This document shows positions 18,908-28,770 of a DNA stretch of 64,000 nt, in pieces. The first letter of the stretch is position 1. Every line of letters starts with the position of its first letter. The notes under the pieces were generated by a model. The model saw nothing but the letters and a program-made list of their open reading frames with translations. It ran no database searches and was not told the origin of the DNA. A program made the position numbers and the translations under genes. This DNA comes from Bryobacteraceae bacterium (GTDB taxonomy: Bacteria > Acidobacteriota > Terriglobia > Bryobacterales > Bryobacteraceae), in contig CAWHYW010000006.1 in the NCBI GenBank assembly GCA_963833675.1, positions 21,364 through 85,363 on the forward strand, read 5' to 3'.

Positions 18908-21100
18908 TCAGTGGTTGAACATGAATTCCTTGCTTGTCAGCATGGCCCAGACCATGTCTTCAAGCGCTTGTCTTCGGGTATCTTTCTGTTGCTCCGCCGT
19001 ACCCTTGGCGGCATGAGCATCGGCAAGAGCTTTTGTAAGCTCCTGCTTCTCCGACTCGCTTGGATATCGGCCGAATGCCGAGAGCGTCATATGCTCGACG
19101 ATGCGGCTGTCCGACAATCCCAATCGAAGCAGCAAGGAGACGTAGCCTTCGGGGTTGCTGAGCTTCTTATTTAACGTGTCGCCGTTGATAATGTGCAGGG
19201 CCTGACCGATGCTGGGATCACTCGATCGTTCAGACGCGTCGCAGATGTTGCGCGCGGGCCGGCCGAAGACTGTGAGGTATTGTGAGGCGACCTGCGTATC
19301 AGGCAGTTGCAGCGCGCGGGTGCCTGACGGGAAGCCTGCAAAAGAGGAGGGCACACCGAGCACCTGCGATGTTGTGTCGAGTAGCACTTCAGCGGGCAAT
19401 CGGCGGATGACGTACTTCGAGTAGAAGCGATTGTCATCCTTGTTCGTGCCATTCGCTTCCGCCGAGCGCTGATAGGTAGCCGAATTCATGATCGTCCGAA
19501 TCAGCCTCTTAATGTCGTAGCCATTCTCGACAAAATCTTTTGTGAGGGCCGCGAACAGTTCTTCATTGGAAGCGGGGTTCGTCGCGCGGACATCGTCAAT
19601 CGGATCGGCGAGACCTTTGCCCATTACCGTGCCCCATACGCGGTTCACGATGTTTCGCGCGAACATCTGATTTTTGGGGCTCGTCAGCCAGTTGGCAAAG
19701 TGGACGCGACGATCCGCTTCCGAATCGAGCGGCATCGCTTGCCCGTCAAGCGGAGTGGGCTGCAGCGGCCGAAGGAGCCGGGGATGATTGATGTCGCCAG
19801 AAGTCTTGGCATAGATGATCGACTCCGACGCATCATCGCCGTTCTTCACACCAACGCGAGAAAACAGGTTCGCCATCTGGTAGTACTGCTTCTGCGTCCA
19901 CTTTTCAAGCGGATGATTGTGGCATCGCGCGCAGGTGAGGCGCTGTCCGAGAAATGCCTGCGTCACGTTTTCCGTTAGCTCGATTGGATCTTTGTGGAGG
20001 ACGTAATAATTGAGAGCGCCATTCTGCCGCGTACTGCCGGCGCCGGTGAAGATGTCTCGCGCAAACTGATTCCACGGCTTGTTCTCACGAACGCTGTCGT
20101 GAATCCAGTTATAGAAGGCTCGCGTGGCGGTGGGGCGCAATTTGCGGCTGGAAACCAGGAACAAATCCGACCACTTGTAAGCCCAGTAGTCGACGTACTC
20201 ATCGCGTTCGAGTAGCTTGTCGATAAGCTGCGCACGCTTGTTGGGGGATTTATCGGCGAGGAATTGCTCGACTTCTTCCGCCGTGGGCAAGATGCCTGAC
20301 GCATCCAGGAAGGCTCGCCGAAGGAATGTTGCATCCGAAATCTCACCGGAGGGCTGGATATTGAGGCTCTTCCACTTTGCCAGCGCGAGATCGTCGATGT
20401 AGTTCTTCCGGGGGAACTTTGTGTAAGCTTCCGCCGGCACACTATTCGGATACGGCGAGGTCATCGTCGCATACAGCACGCGGCTTGAATACCAGAGCGT
20501 AATAGCCGCCTCGCCCGAGCCGTTGATCTTCACCTTGCCGCTGTCATCGACGCTGGCGACCCCTTCGTTGTTGGAATTGTATTTGACCCAGCGGGTGACG
20601 TCGGCAGCGCTGTTATCTGAGTAACGCGCCATGACTTTGAGTTGGGTATCGGCTCCGACGGCGAGTGTCGCCTTCGGCGGCTCGACCTGCAAGGAAACAA
20701 CTTCTTTGTCTTTCGCTGTGGGAGGAGGAGTACCGGCCGCGATCCATTCGGAGATGATTCGGTACTCGAGCGAATTCGGCTTGAAGCGAAGTCCGCCACC
20801 GTGCGCGATTTGCATGGTCGGCTTGCGCAGGATCAAACTATTTCCCGGTTCCGCAAGATTGATGCGGCGTCCGATCGACTGACGAGTCAACGTATCGTAA
20901 TCGACTTCCGGATCGTAGCCTCGAAGCGTGAGTTTAAATCCACCCTTGCCTGCAAGGGCTCCGTGACACGCGCCCTGATTACAGCCCATCTTTGTGAGCA
21001 CCGGGATGACATCATTGCGGAAGTTCCAACCGCCGGGAGGTGTGTCCTGCGCAAAAACGGCTAAGGAAGCGAGAAGCAGAAGTGGTACGGAACGGATCAT
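18908..21100 (-). CDS. DUF1549 (PSCyt2) - Big_2 - DUF1553 (PSD1) protein
   Basis: Signal peptide, GCNQGACHG...FKLTLRGYDPEVDY, an Ig-like block (ATLAVGADTQLKVMARYSDNSAADVT), CARCHNHPLEKWTQKQYY, and a C-terminal PSD1-like region ending EFMFNH. Confidence 0.82.
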   Translation of the reverse strand: MIRSVPLLLLASLAVFAQDTPPGGWNFRNDVIPVLTKMGCNQGACHGALAGKGGFKLTLRGYDPEVDYDTLTRQSIGRRINLAEPGNSLILRKPTMQIAHGGGLRFKPNSLEYRIISEWIAAGTPPPTAKDKEVVSLQVEPPKATLAVGADTQLKVMARYSDNSAADVTRWVKYNSNNEGVASVDDSGKVKINGSGEAAITLWYSSRVLYATMTSPYPNSVPAEAYTKFPRKNYIDDLALAKWKSLNIQPSGEISDATFLRRAFLDASGILPTAEEVEQFLADKSPNKRAQLIDKLLERDEYVDYWAYKWSDLFLVSSRKLRPTATRAFYNWIHDSVRENKPWNQFARDIFTGAGSTRQNGALNYYVLHKDPIELTENVTQAFLGQRLTCARCHNHPLEKWTQKQYYQMANLFSRVGVKNGDDASESIIYAKTSGDINHPRLLRPLQPTPLDGQAMPLDSEADRRVHFANWLTSPKNQMFARNIVNRVWGTVMGKGLADPIDDVRATNPASNEELFAALTKDFVENGYDIKRLIRTIMNSATYQRSAEANGTNKDDNRFYSKYVIRRLPAEVLLDTTSQVLGVPSSFAGFPSGTRALQLPDTQVASQYLTVFGRPARNICDASERSSDPSIGQALHIINGDTLNKKLSNPEGYVSLLLRLGLSDSRIVEHMTLSAFGRYPSESEKQELTKALADAHAAKGTAEQQKDTRRQALEDMVWAMLTSKEFMFNH

Positions 21101-22473
21101 GAGAACAACTCTTCAATCGGATCGAAGCCGCGGTCGACGAGCGGGATCGGACGGCCCTGCGCGCCGGGCAATTCGGCGTGCGGATCGATACCGAGTCCTT
21201 TGTAGATGGTTGCCGCGACTTCGGCCGGGGTTGTCGGACGGTCCTTCGGCGCGGCGCCGATTTCGTCGGAGGCGCCGACGATCTTGCCGCCCTTGAGCGG
21301 GCCGCCGCCCATCAATATGCTCCAGCATTGCGGCCAGTGGTCGCGGCCACCGGCGGGGTTAACTTTGGGGGTCCGGCCAAATTCGCCGAAAGCCACCACC
21401 ATCGTGTTATTCAACAGGCCACGCTGGCCCAAGTCTTCGAGTAAGGAACTGTAGGCCATGTCGAACATCGGGCCAACGAGGTCGCGGTAGCAGGAGATGG
21501 GGCTGAACGGCTTAGATCCATGAATATCCCACGTGATCTCGTCAAAGACTGTTTCGAACATGTTGATGGTGACAAATCGCACGCCGGCTTCGACCAGACG
21601 CCGCGCCAGAAGACAACTTTGGCCAAAGCGATTCATCCCATATTTCTCGCGCACGTCGTTGCTTTCGCGATGGAGTTCGAATGCATCGCGAGCCTTCTGA
21701 GAAGACATCAGTGTGTAGGCCTGCTGGAACGTGGAGTCGAGCAGACGCGCATCCTGCGACGTTTCGAACATGCTTACGCTTTTGTCGACCATGGCGCGCC
21801 AATTGCGGCGCCGGTCGACGCGCAACGCCGAGAGATAGTCGGGCGGCAGCATGTCCGGGACGCGGAAGTTCGGGTCGGACGGATCGGCGTTGAGGACGAA
21901 CGGATCGTAGCTCTTGCCGAGATAGCCTGCGTTCTGGCCATGCGGCATGTTGCCGCCGGTATTACCGATCGGGCGGGGCAGAAGAACGTGCGGCGGCACA
22001 TCGCCGTTCGGTCCTTTTAACTTGCCGAGCACGCAGCCGATGTGCGGATGCTCGATTCCACCCTGGAAGATGCGGCCGGTCTGCATCATCTGATGGCCGG
22101 AGTCGTGTACGGCGGCAGCAGTATGATACATGCTGCGGAGAATGGAGTATTTGTCCGCGTGCTTCGCCATGCGCGGGAAATTCTCCGAGATCTCGATGCC
22201 GGAAACGTTGGTTTTGATCGGCTTGTATGGCCCGCGAATCTCGGCCGGCGCGTTTGGCTTCATATCCCATGTGTCGAGTTGAGATGGCCCGCCAACCAGC
22301 ATCAGCATGATGCAATTCACGTCCTGTTTGCCGTCAACCGCGCCTTGGGCTTTGAGGCCGAAAAGCGAGTTCAGCGAGAGGCCGAGTGCTGAGAGAGAAC
22401 CGGCGTGAAGAAAGTCGCGCCGCCGAAGTCCATCGCAAAATTCAACGGGACGGTCGGCGTCCAGGCGTAGCAT
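21097..22473 (-). CDS. DUF1501 family protein (sulfatase-like fold, Tat signal)
   Basis: ATG 22473 is preceded by GGAGGG (the track start at 22488 is a TTG). RRDFLHAGSLSALGL twin-arginine signal. The DUF1501 body ends GEFGRTP...GRDHW. ATGA overlap with the next gene. Confidence 0.85.
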   Translation of the reverse strand: MLRLDADRPVEFCDGLRRRDFLHAGSLSALGLSLNSLFGLKAQGAVDGKQDVNCIMLMLVGGPSQLDTWDMKPNAPAEIRGPYKPIKTNVSGIEISENFPRMAKHADKYSILRSMYHTAAAVHDSGHQMMQTGRIFQGGIEHPHIGCVLGKLKGPNGDVPPHVLLPRPIGNTGGNMPHGQNAGYLGKSYDPFVLNADPSDPNFRVPDMLPPDYLSALRVDRRRNWRAMVDKSVSMFETSQDARLLDSTFQQAYTLMSSQKARDAFELHRESNDVREKYGMNRFGQSCLLARRLVEAGVRFVTINMFETVFDEITWDIHGSKPFSPISCYRDLVGPMFDMAYSSLLEDLGQRGLLNNTMVVAFGEFGRTPKVNPAGGRDHWPQCWSILMGGGPLKGGKIVGASDEIGAAPKDRPTTPAEVAATIYKGLGIDPHAELPGAQGRPIPLVDRGFDPIEELFS

Positions 22474-22587
22474 ATCCTTGCCCTCCAAATGGGGGATTCG
22501 TGAAACTATCGTACCGCTTATGAAACGGCGTGGGCAACGCTGATTTTGCGAAACGAAGCCAGATTGCCCGGCATGCGTACCGGCAGT

Positions 22588-22824
22588 TCATGGAGAGGCG
22601 CCTTCGTATGCATCGACGGCGGCGAGCACGGCGGCTCGCGCATCGGGGAACGGCATCAGGGTTCGCATGAGAAGGAGGATGAAGTCGCTCCATTCGATGG
22701 GTTTCGGAGGGTCCGCGGGCTTGGGTGTTTCGGCTTTGGGTTCGTTTTTGGGCTGTTGCTTGCCGATGTACACGTATCGCGGCGGCGCCGGATTCGGCCC
22801 GTAGTTGGTTGCGACTTCGATCAT
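22588..22824 (-). CDS. Small hypothetical protein (Pro/Lys-rich linker, helical C-terminus)
   Basis: 78 aa. It starts 9 nt after the stop of the preceding small gene. No family recognised. Confidence 0.45.
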   Translation of the reverse strand: MIEVATNYGPNPAPPRYVYIGKQQPKNEPKAETPKPADPPKPIEWSDFILLLMRTLMPFPDARAAVLAAVDAYEGASP

Positions 22825-22833
22825 TTGTGCGGA

Positions 22834-23180
22834 TTATTCCTTGGAATTCTTGGGTTCGTTTGGAAATTTTCGGTTTTGGCGGGGGCGGAGGTGCTCGAGA
22901 TTTTCGACGGAGCGTTCGTAGCTGCGGTGCATCCGGGTCTCGTAGCGGTCCATAAGCCGCATTTCCAGGCCAAGGGTTCGGGCTCGAATTCGCGGTGGGA
23001 ACGCTGCGAGGAGAGCGTGCCAGCCGTCAGTGGATTCGCCTTCGATGACGATGAGTTTGGCGCCCGCGAGTCCGCGCTCATGCTGCTTTGCGCGGATATG
23101 GCTCGGCCGAGGATGGTGATGTGCCCTGGGGATCTGGCACCGTTGGCTCGGGATGCTGCGATTGGCGCTTCGGTACGCAT
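22834..23180 (-). CDS. Small hypothetical protein, one frame break
   Basis: Near-perfect AGGAGG-aatc-ATG at 23180. MRTEAPIAASRANGARSPG...ISAQSSM then continues in another frame as (K)RGLAGAKLIVIEGESTDGWHALLAAF...MDRYETRMHRSYERSVENLEHLR to TAA 22834-22836. One nt appears missing near 23074-23079. From memory it resembles a widespread uncharacterised small-protein family. I could not verify this. Confidence 0.45.
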
Positions 23181-23677
23181 GATTCCTCCTGGTTGGAAGT
23201 TACCATGCGCGGGGCGGGTTCCGGCGCCATTTTTAGTTAAAGTGTTGGTAATTGGGGTAGATATTTTGGCGGTTGGGTGGTAAATGGGCTTCGCTGGCTC
23301 TATGAATCACGTTTGGGGGGCGTGAGTGGCATGCCGAGGGCGTGTAGCCATAAACATCTGACGTCTATTTGGTTGAAGGTACACTCTGTTATCTAGAGTC
23401 ACTCCGACCACACAGCACTCTTGTACGGTCGGTCGGGCGCTTTTCATCAACTCCATGATTCTTTGTTCGTTTCGACGTGGCTGACTTGGCCCGTGGATCG
23501 AAATAGCTGCCCACGCAAAAACAAAGCAGAATTAATCCACCAACGCTGAGTAGTTTATGCTTGCGAGGAACTATCATGAATGCAATATCGTCAGGAGCTG
23601 TGAGATAAACCTCCGATTCGCTAGCGCTCGCGGCTCTGTTTCGATTTTGTGTTTCGCGCGCTCACGCGCGGCGAGAT

Positions 23678-24109
23678 CTATCGGGCTTCGTATTTTTGAA
23701 ACTCAGCTACTCCGCCCTTCTCGTCGAAGGAAACGACAGAGTAGGCTTGTGCGCCGGATCCCTGCTCCATGCCCGGGGATCCGATCGGCATGCCAGGTAC
23801 GGCGAGACCCTTGACCTTGGCGTGAGACTTCAAGAGTCGATGCACATCGGCGGCGGGGACGTGTCCTTCAATCGCGTAGCCGTTCACTACGGCCGTGTGG
23901 CAGGACTGCAGGCGATCCGGCACTCCGTACTTCTTGCGATATTCGGCTGTGCTCGGCACTTCCGTCACTTTAACGGAGAAGCCGCTTGCCTTCATGTGCT
24001 CGACCCATTTGCCACAGCAGCCGCATGTGCGAGTCTTGAATACCGACAACTCCGGCGCCGCCGCCCGAAGCGCGGCGCACAACACAAATACACTAAGAAT
24101 CGTTTTCAT
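23678..24109 (-). CDS. DUF411 / CopG-family periplasmic metal-binding protein
   Basis: Signal peptide, C-x-C-C motif (RTCGCCGKWVEHM), GYAIEGHVPA, GLAVPGMPIGSPGME. Confidence 0.85.
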   Translation of the reverse strand: MKTILSVFVLCAALRAAAPELSVFKTRTCGCCGKWVEHMKASGFSVKVTEVPSTAEYRKKYGVPDRLQSCHTAVVNGYAIEGHVPAADVHRLLKSHAKVKGLAVPGMPIGSPGMEQGSGAQAYSVVSFDEKGGVAEFQKYEAR

Positions 24110-24116
24110 ACGAGGG

Positions 24117-25541
24117 TTAGGCTAAGATTTGCTTCACTACTTTTCCAGACACGTCGGTTAGTCGAAAATCGCGGCCTTGGAACCGGTACGTGAGCCGTGT
24201 GTGATCGATACCGAGTGTGTGGAGCATTGTGGCGTGCAGGTCGTGTACGTGGACCGGGTCCTGCGTGATGTTGTAGCAGTAGTCATCCGTTTCGCCGAGC
24301 GAGATTCCAGGCTTGATTCCGCCTCCGGCCAGCCACATCGTGAAGCAGCGCGGATGATGGTCACGGCCGTAATTCGTGGGAGTCAACTTGCCTTGGCAGT
24401 ACACCGTGCGGCCAAACTCGCCGCCCCAAACCACGAGCGTGTCTTTTAGCAGCCCTCGCTCTTTCAGATCCTGTATAAGAGCCGCAGACGCTTGATCGAT
24501 GTCTTTCGCTTGTCCGGGAATCTGCTTTGGCAGCTCGGTGTGCTGGTCCCAACCGCGATGAAAGAGCTGGATGAAGCGGACTCCGCGCTCGGCCATGCGA
24601 CGGGCCAGGAGGCAGTTCGCCGCAAACGTGCCCGGTTTCCGCGCGTCAGGGCCATACAGTTCAAACGTATGCTCCGGCTCCTTCGAGAGATCCGTTAGCT
24701 CCGGCACCGAAGTCTGCATCTTGTACGCCATCTCGTACTGCGCAATGCGCGTCGCAATCTCCGGATCACCGAACTGATCCATTTCCACCTGATTCAACTG
24801 CGAGACATCGTCGATAAACCTGCGGCGCGCTTGTGAATTGAAACCAGCCGGGTCGGAAAGATAAAGCACCGGATCGCCGAGAGAGCGAAACTTTACCCCC
24901 TGGTATCTGGTGGGCAGAAACCCGCTACCCCATTGCCGGTCGGCGAGCGGTTGGTCGTTCGGGTTACCGCTGCCTTGAGAAATCATCACGACGAAAGCTG
25001 GTAGGTTCTTGTTTTCGCTGCCGAGGCCATAGGCGAGCCATGAGCCGATCGAAGGCCGGCCCGCAAGCTGAAAGCCCGTCTGAAAGAACGTGACGGCCGG
25101 GTCGTGATTGATCGCCTCGGTGTACATCGACTTAACGAAGCAGATGTCGTCACTGACTTTTGCCAGGTGCGGTACCAACTCACTCAGCCAGGCTCCCGAT
25201 GCGCCGTGCTGCTGGAATTTAAAGAGAGAAGGCGCTACCGGAAAGCTCGCCTGGCCGGCGCTCATACCGGTGAGTCTCTGCTTGCCACGAATCGAGTCGG
25301 GCAGTTCGGTAGTTGCGAGATCCTTCAGCCGGGGCTTGTAGTCGAACAATTCCATCTGCGATGGACCGCCGGACTGGAACAGGAAGATTACGCGCTTCGC
25401 GGTTGGTGGAAAATGCGGCAGCGCGGGAGCGCCGGCCGCTCCTTCCGCATGCAGGATGTTTGACAGCGCCGCGATCCCGAGTCCTGCGCTCGCTTTTCCA
25501 AAGAAGTAGCGCCGTGTGAGAAGTTCCGTGTTCCTGGTCAT
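24117..25541 (-). CDS. DUF1501 family protein (Tat signal)
   Basis: TRRYFFGKASAGLGIAAL signal. DUF1501 body with GEFGRTV...GRDHH. ATGA overlap with the upstream PSD gene. Confidence 0.85.
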   Translation of the reverse strand: MTRNTELLTRRYFFGKASAGLGIAALSNILHAEGAAGAPALPHFPPTAKRVIFLFQSGGPSQMELFDYKPRLKDLATTELPDSIRGKQRLTGMSAGQASFPVAPSLFKFQQHGASGAWLSELVPHLAKVSDDICFVKSMYTEAINHDPAVTFFQTGFQLAGRPSIGSWLAYGLGSENKNLPAFVVMISQGSGNPNDQPLADRQWGSGFLPTRYQGVKFRSLGDPVLYLSDPAGFNSQARRRFIDDVSQLNQVEMDQFGDPEIATRIAQYEMAYKMQTSVPELTDLSKEPEHTFELYGPDARKPGTFAANCLLARRMAERGVRFIQLFHRGWDQHTELPKQIPGQAKDIDQASAALIQDLKERGLLKDTLVVWGGEFGRTVYCQGKLTPTNYGRDHHPRCFTMWLAGGGIKPGISLGETDDYCYNITQDPVHVHDLHATMLHTLGIDHTRLTYRFQGRDFRLTDVSGKVVKQILA

Positions 25542-28500
25542 TCTTTGGTCACCGCAATATCCAAGTTGAGAATCGTGCTGGCCACAGCCGAGTAAGCAGC
25601 GACTTCACGCGCATCCAGCTTCTCGTCGCGAGGGGCTTCACCCTGGGCCAAGTACTTAGTCGCTGCCGCCGGATCGCTGGCAAAGAAATCGCGATAGTAG
25701 CTGAGGCTCGACAGCAGGATTTCCGCTTCACGCTTGACCGGCTTGCGGGCCGTTGCAAGCTCAAACCCGAAGCCGATTCGTGCGGCAGGCGTGCTTCCGC
25801 CTTCGCGAATCATCCGTTCTCCGATTTTCCGCGCAGCCTCAAGATACGTTACGTCGTTCATGAGATTCAGCGCCTGCAGAGGAGTGTTTGTGCGGGCGTC
25901 CCGCACGACGCAGGCCTCCCGTCCCGCAGCATCGAAATTCATCATCATCGGCGGCGGCGCGGTGCGCTTCCAATAGGTGTAAAGACTTCGCCGATGGAGA
26001 CCTTCACCGGTGTCAGCTTTATAATCCTCGCCTCCGGAAAGTTCCTTCCACAGGCCTGCCGGCTGATACGGCTTGACGGAAGGGCCGCCGACCTTTTCCA
26101 CGAGCAGGCCGGAAATCAGCAGCGCCTGATCGCGAACCTTTTCTGCGGAAAGGCGTACTCGCGGACCGCGCGCCAGCAGGCGGTTCTCCGGGTCCTTTTG
26201 CAGAAGGTCAGGACTGACCTTGGATGACTGCCGGTACGTGGCGCTCATGACAATGGTTTTCTGAAGCGCCTTCATGTCCCAGCCGGTGCGGACAAATTCG
26301 GTGGCGAGCCAATCCAGCAGCTCGGGATGTGATGGCCATTCTCCCTGCGAACCGAAATCCTCCGCCGTTTTCACGATTCCGGTACCGAAGGCGTTTTGCC
26401 AGAAGCGATTTACGGCCACACGAGCAGGCAGAGGATTTGCCGGGTCGATCAACCACTTAGCCAAGCCAAGCCGGTTATTGGGCGCGCCGGCCGGTAGAGG
26501 AAGCAGAGCTGCGGGGACACCCGGATCGACTTTCTGGCCCGGACGATCATACGCTCCGCGTTGCAGGATGTGCGTCTCGCGAGGTGTCGAGCTATCCTGC
26601 ATCACCATTACGGTTGGAAAACTCTTGATCAACTGTTCACGTTGCTCCTGGAGATGAATCACTTTCGCATACGCGGAGCGGATCATCTCGGGTGCAAACT
26701 TATCGAGGAAGCACTCGCGAAGCTTCGCCGACTGGACGCTGTTTCTCTGAGCGGCAGGCACTGCAGCCAACCGGTTGATGGAGTCGAGCGACGCGAGCAT
26801 CGCAATCTGCTCTGGCAGGGCAGAGCGATAGATTCGGACGTCTGCAATCCGGCCTTTGAAGCGATTTGCAGGTCCAAATCCGGCCCCAATGCGTAGAGGT
26901 TCTTTTACGTCGAATGGCTGATTCAAATAATCCAGATTGACTTTCACTGCCAATGGCTTCCCATCCAGGTAAAGCTGGATTCCGCTGGCGAGCCGGGATC
27001 CATCATACGTAAACGCTACGTGCGACCAACGGTCGAGAGGCAGCGGCTCCTTGCTCTCGATTCGAATGCCGTCATCAAGCCAGCGCGCGGCCAGAACCAA
27101 TGACAGCCGGCCGTCTTTCAGAAACAAGCCCCAACCTTTGCTCTCCGACTCTTCGGGGGCGCGACTCACAATTGTGCCTGAGTTCGAGGCGGGATCAATC
27201 CATGCGGAGAGAGTAAACGAATCATAGAAGCCGAAGGCTCCGACATTGCCCACTTCGATGAAGCGCTTGCCATCGAATTCGGCCGCTTGTTTCGAGGGTC
27301 CGGCGCCATATGCGCTTTCGCCGTCTTTCCATTCGGGATGTCCTTTGAAAGACCAAGTCTGCTCGGTTGGAGCGTTCTCGATTACGTAGAGAGACTTTTC
27401 CGTGTGAGGCGGATCAGAGGCGATGTAGCCACCGAGGTTCCCGTTCAGACCGAGGTGTACTGCGAGTGCCCGCGATGGCGCCCACTCCAATTCCGATGTG
27501 CGATTTAGCGTCTTCTCCCACTTATGTTGTGCGCTCGCAAGCTGCGGCTCCAAGTTCTTGGCCTGCTTCTCCGCTGTCGATAGCTTCCGGTCGAGATCGG
27601 CAAGCTGCGATTCCTGCTCGGGCGTCGGCGCGGCGACGGTGGGTGGGGAATTGCCGTACTTGAAGGCGTTCCCGCGTTCCGGCACCTGGTTGAAATACGC
27701 GAACAACTGATAGTACTCACGCTGCGTGAAGGGATCGAACTTGTGGTTGTGGCATCGCGAGCAGCCAAGTGTCAGACCGAGGAATACCGTCGATGTGGTA
27801 TCGACGCGGTCCACCACATACTCGACTGCGTACTCTTCCGGTATTATTCCGCCCTCGCCATTCCCGCGATGGTTGCGATTGAAGCCCGTCGCTAAACGCT
27901 GATCGCGTGTCGCATTCGGCAGCAGGTCACCCGCAGTCTGTTCGAGCATGAAGCGGTCGTAAGGCATATTGCGATTGAAAGCGTCGATCACCCAATCGCG
28001 CCACCGCCACATCGAGCGCTCCGCATCGGTCTGGTAGCCGTTGGTGTCAGCGTAGCGGGCTGCTTCCAGCCAGCGCATTGCCATCCGCTCACCGTATCTG
28101 GGTGACGCGAGAAGTCTGTCGACGACCTTCTCATAAGCGTTAGGCGAGGTGTCGTGGAGGAACGCTTCCACTTCCGCCGGAGTAGGAGGGAGGCCCGTCA
28201 GGTCGAACGATACGCGGCGCAACAGAGTTCGCTTATCGGCTTCAGGCGACGGTTTGAGGCCTTCGCGATCCAGTCTGGCAAGGATGAAGCGGTCGATGGG
28301 ATCTTTTGGCCAGCTCGGATCACTGACTTGCGGGAGTTCCGGGCGAACCGGCGTCAGAAAAGACCAGTGCTTCTGCCAGGGTGCTCCTTGCGCGATCCAG
28401 CGAGTGAGCAGGTCAATCTCGCCATCCGAAAGCTTGGCCGCTCCGGAGTAGGCGGGCGGCATGCGGCGCGCCTTGTCATCGGAAGTGACGCGTCGAATGA

Positions 28501-28735
28501 GCTCGCTCGAGGACGCGTCGCCGGGAACGATGGCGAAGTGACCGCCAAGATCGCTTTTCGCAACCGATTCGATGTCGAGCCGCAGCTTGCTTTGGCGCTT
28601 GTTCGTATCGGGTCCGTGGCAGGTGTAGCAGCGATCCGAAAGGATGGGCCGGATGTCACGGTTGAACTCTACAACCGAGTTGGATGCGGCATTTGCGCAG
28701 GCTGCCGCGATCAAAAGTACAAGGGAATAACGCAT
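25538..28735 (-). CDS. PSCyt1 (CxxCH) - DUF1549 - LamG-like - DUF1553 (PSD1) protein
   Basis: The best start is ATG 28735 (MRYSLVLLIAAACANA); the track ORF extends to 28897. RPILSDRCYTCHGPD heme-type motif, CSRCHNHKFDP, a Laminin_G_3-like insert (FTLSAWIDP...RIADVRIYRSAL), and a PSD1-like C-terminus. Confidence 0.82.
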   Translation of the reverse strand: MRYSLVLLIAAACANAASNSVVEFNRDIRPILSDRCYTCHGPDTNKRQSKLRLDIESVAKSDLGGHFAIVPGDASSSELIRRVTSDDKARRMPPAYSGAAKLSDGEIDLLTRWIAQGAPWQKHWSFLTPVRPELPQVSDPSWPKDPIDRFILARLDREGLKPSPEADKRTLLRRVSFDLTGLPPTPAEVEAFLHDTSPNAYEKVVDRLLASPRYGERMAMRWLEAARYADTNGYQTDAERSMWRWRDWVIDAFNRNMPYDRFMLEQTAGDLLPNATRDQRLATGFNRNHRGNGEGGIIPEEYAVEYVVDRVDTTSTVFLGLTLGCSRCHNHKFDPFTQREYYQLFAYFNQVPERGNAFKYGNSPPTVAAPTPEQESQLADLDRKLSTAEKQAKNLEPQLASAQHKWEKTLNRTSELEWAPSRALAVHLGLNGNLGGYIASDPPHTEKSLYVIENAPTEQTWSFKGHPEWKDGESAYGAGPSKQAAEFDGKRFIEVGNVGAFGFYDSFTLSAWIDPASNSGTIVSRAPEESESKGWGLFLKDGRLSLVLAARWLDDGIRIESKEPLPLDRWSHVAFTYDGSRLASGIQLYLDGKPLAVKVNLDYLNQPFDVKEPLRIGAGFGPANRFKGRIADVRIYRSALPEQIAMLASLDSINRLAAVPAAQRNSVQSAKLRECFLDKFAPEMIRSAYAKVIHLQEQREQLIKSFPTVMVMQDSSTPRETHILQRGAYDRPGQKVDPGVPAALLPLPAGAPNNRLGLAKWLIDPANPLPARVAVNRFWQNAFGTGIVKTAEDFGSQGEWPSHPELLDWLATEFVRTGWDMKALQKTIVMSATYRQSSKVSPDLLQKDPENRLLARGPRVRLSAEKVRDQALLISGLLVEKVGGPSVKPYQPAGLWKELSGGEDYKADTGEGLHRRSLYTYWKRTAPPPMMMNFDAAGREACVVRDARTNTPLQALNLMNDVTYLEAARKIGERMIREGGSTPAARIGFGFELATARKPVKREAEILLSSLSYYRDFFASDPAAATKYLAQGEAPRDEKLDAREVAAYSAVASTILNLDIAVTKE

Positions 28736-28770
28736 TGCATTCTCTGGCGCTGCCCTTGATTGTATGAGAT

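Noticed and set aside
22546-23283. 245-aa + strand ORF covering the small-gene cassette
   Set aside because: It is low-complexity (Gly/Arg/Val-rich) with no SD. It lies antisense to two minus-strand genes that have a strong SD/ATG and protein-like sequence. It is a typical shadow ORF in GC-rich DNA.
23389-23577. 62-aa minus-strand ORF with one hydrophobic helix in the AT-richer spacer
   Set aside because: There is no recognisable SD and no family resemblance, and the C-terminal half is Arg/Lys/Asp-rich with random-looking composition. I mention it only within the finding.
23655-23675. GC palindrome (CGCGCG-loop-CGCGCG) just after the DUF411 stop, considered as a terminator
   Set aside because: No U-tract follows it on the transcribed (minus) strand. 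It may be a stabilising hairpin, but it is not a canonical intrinsic terminator.
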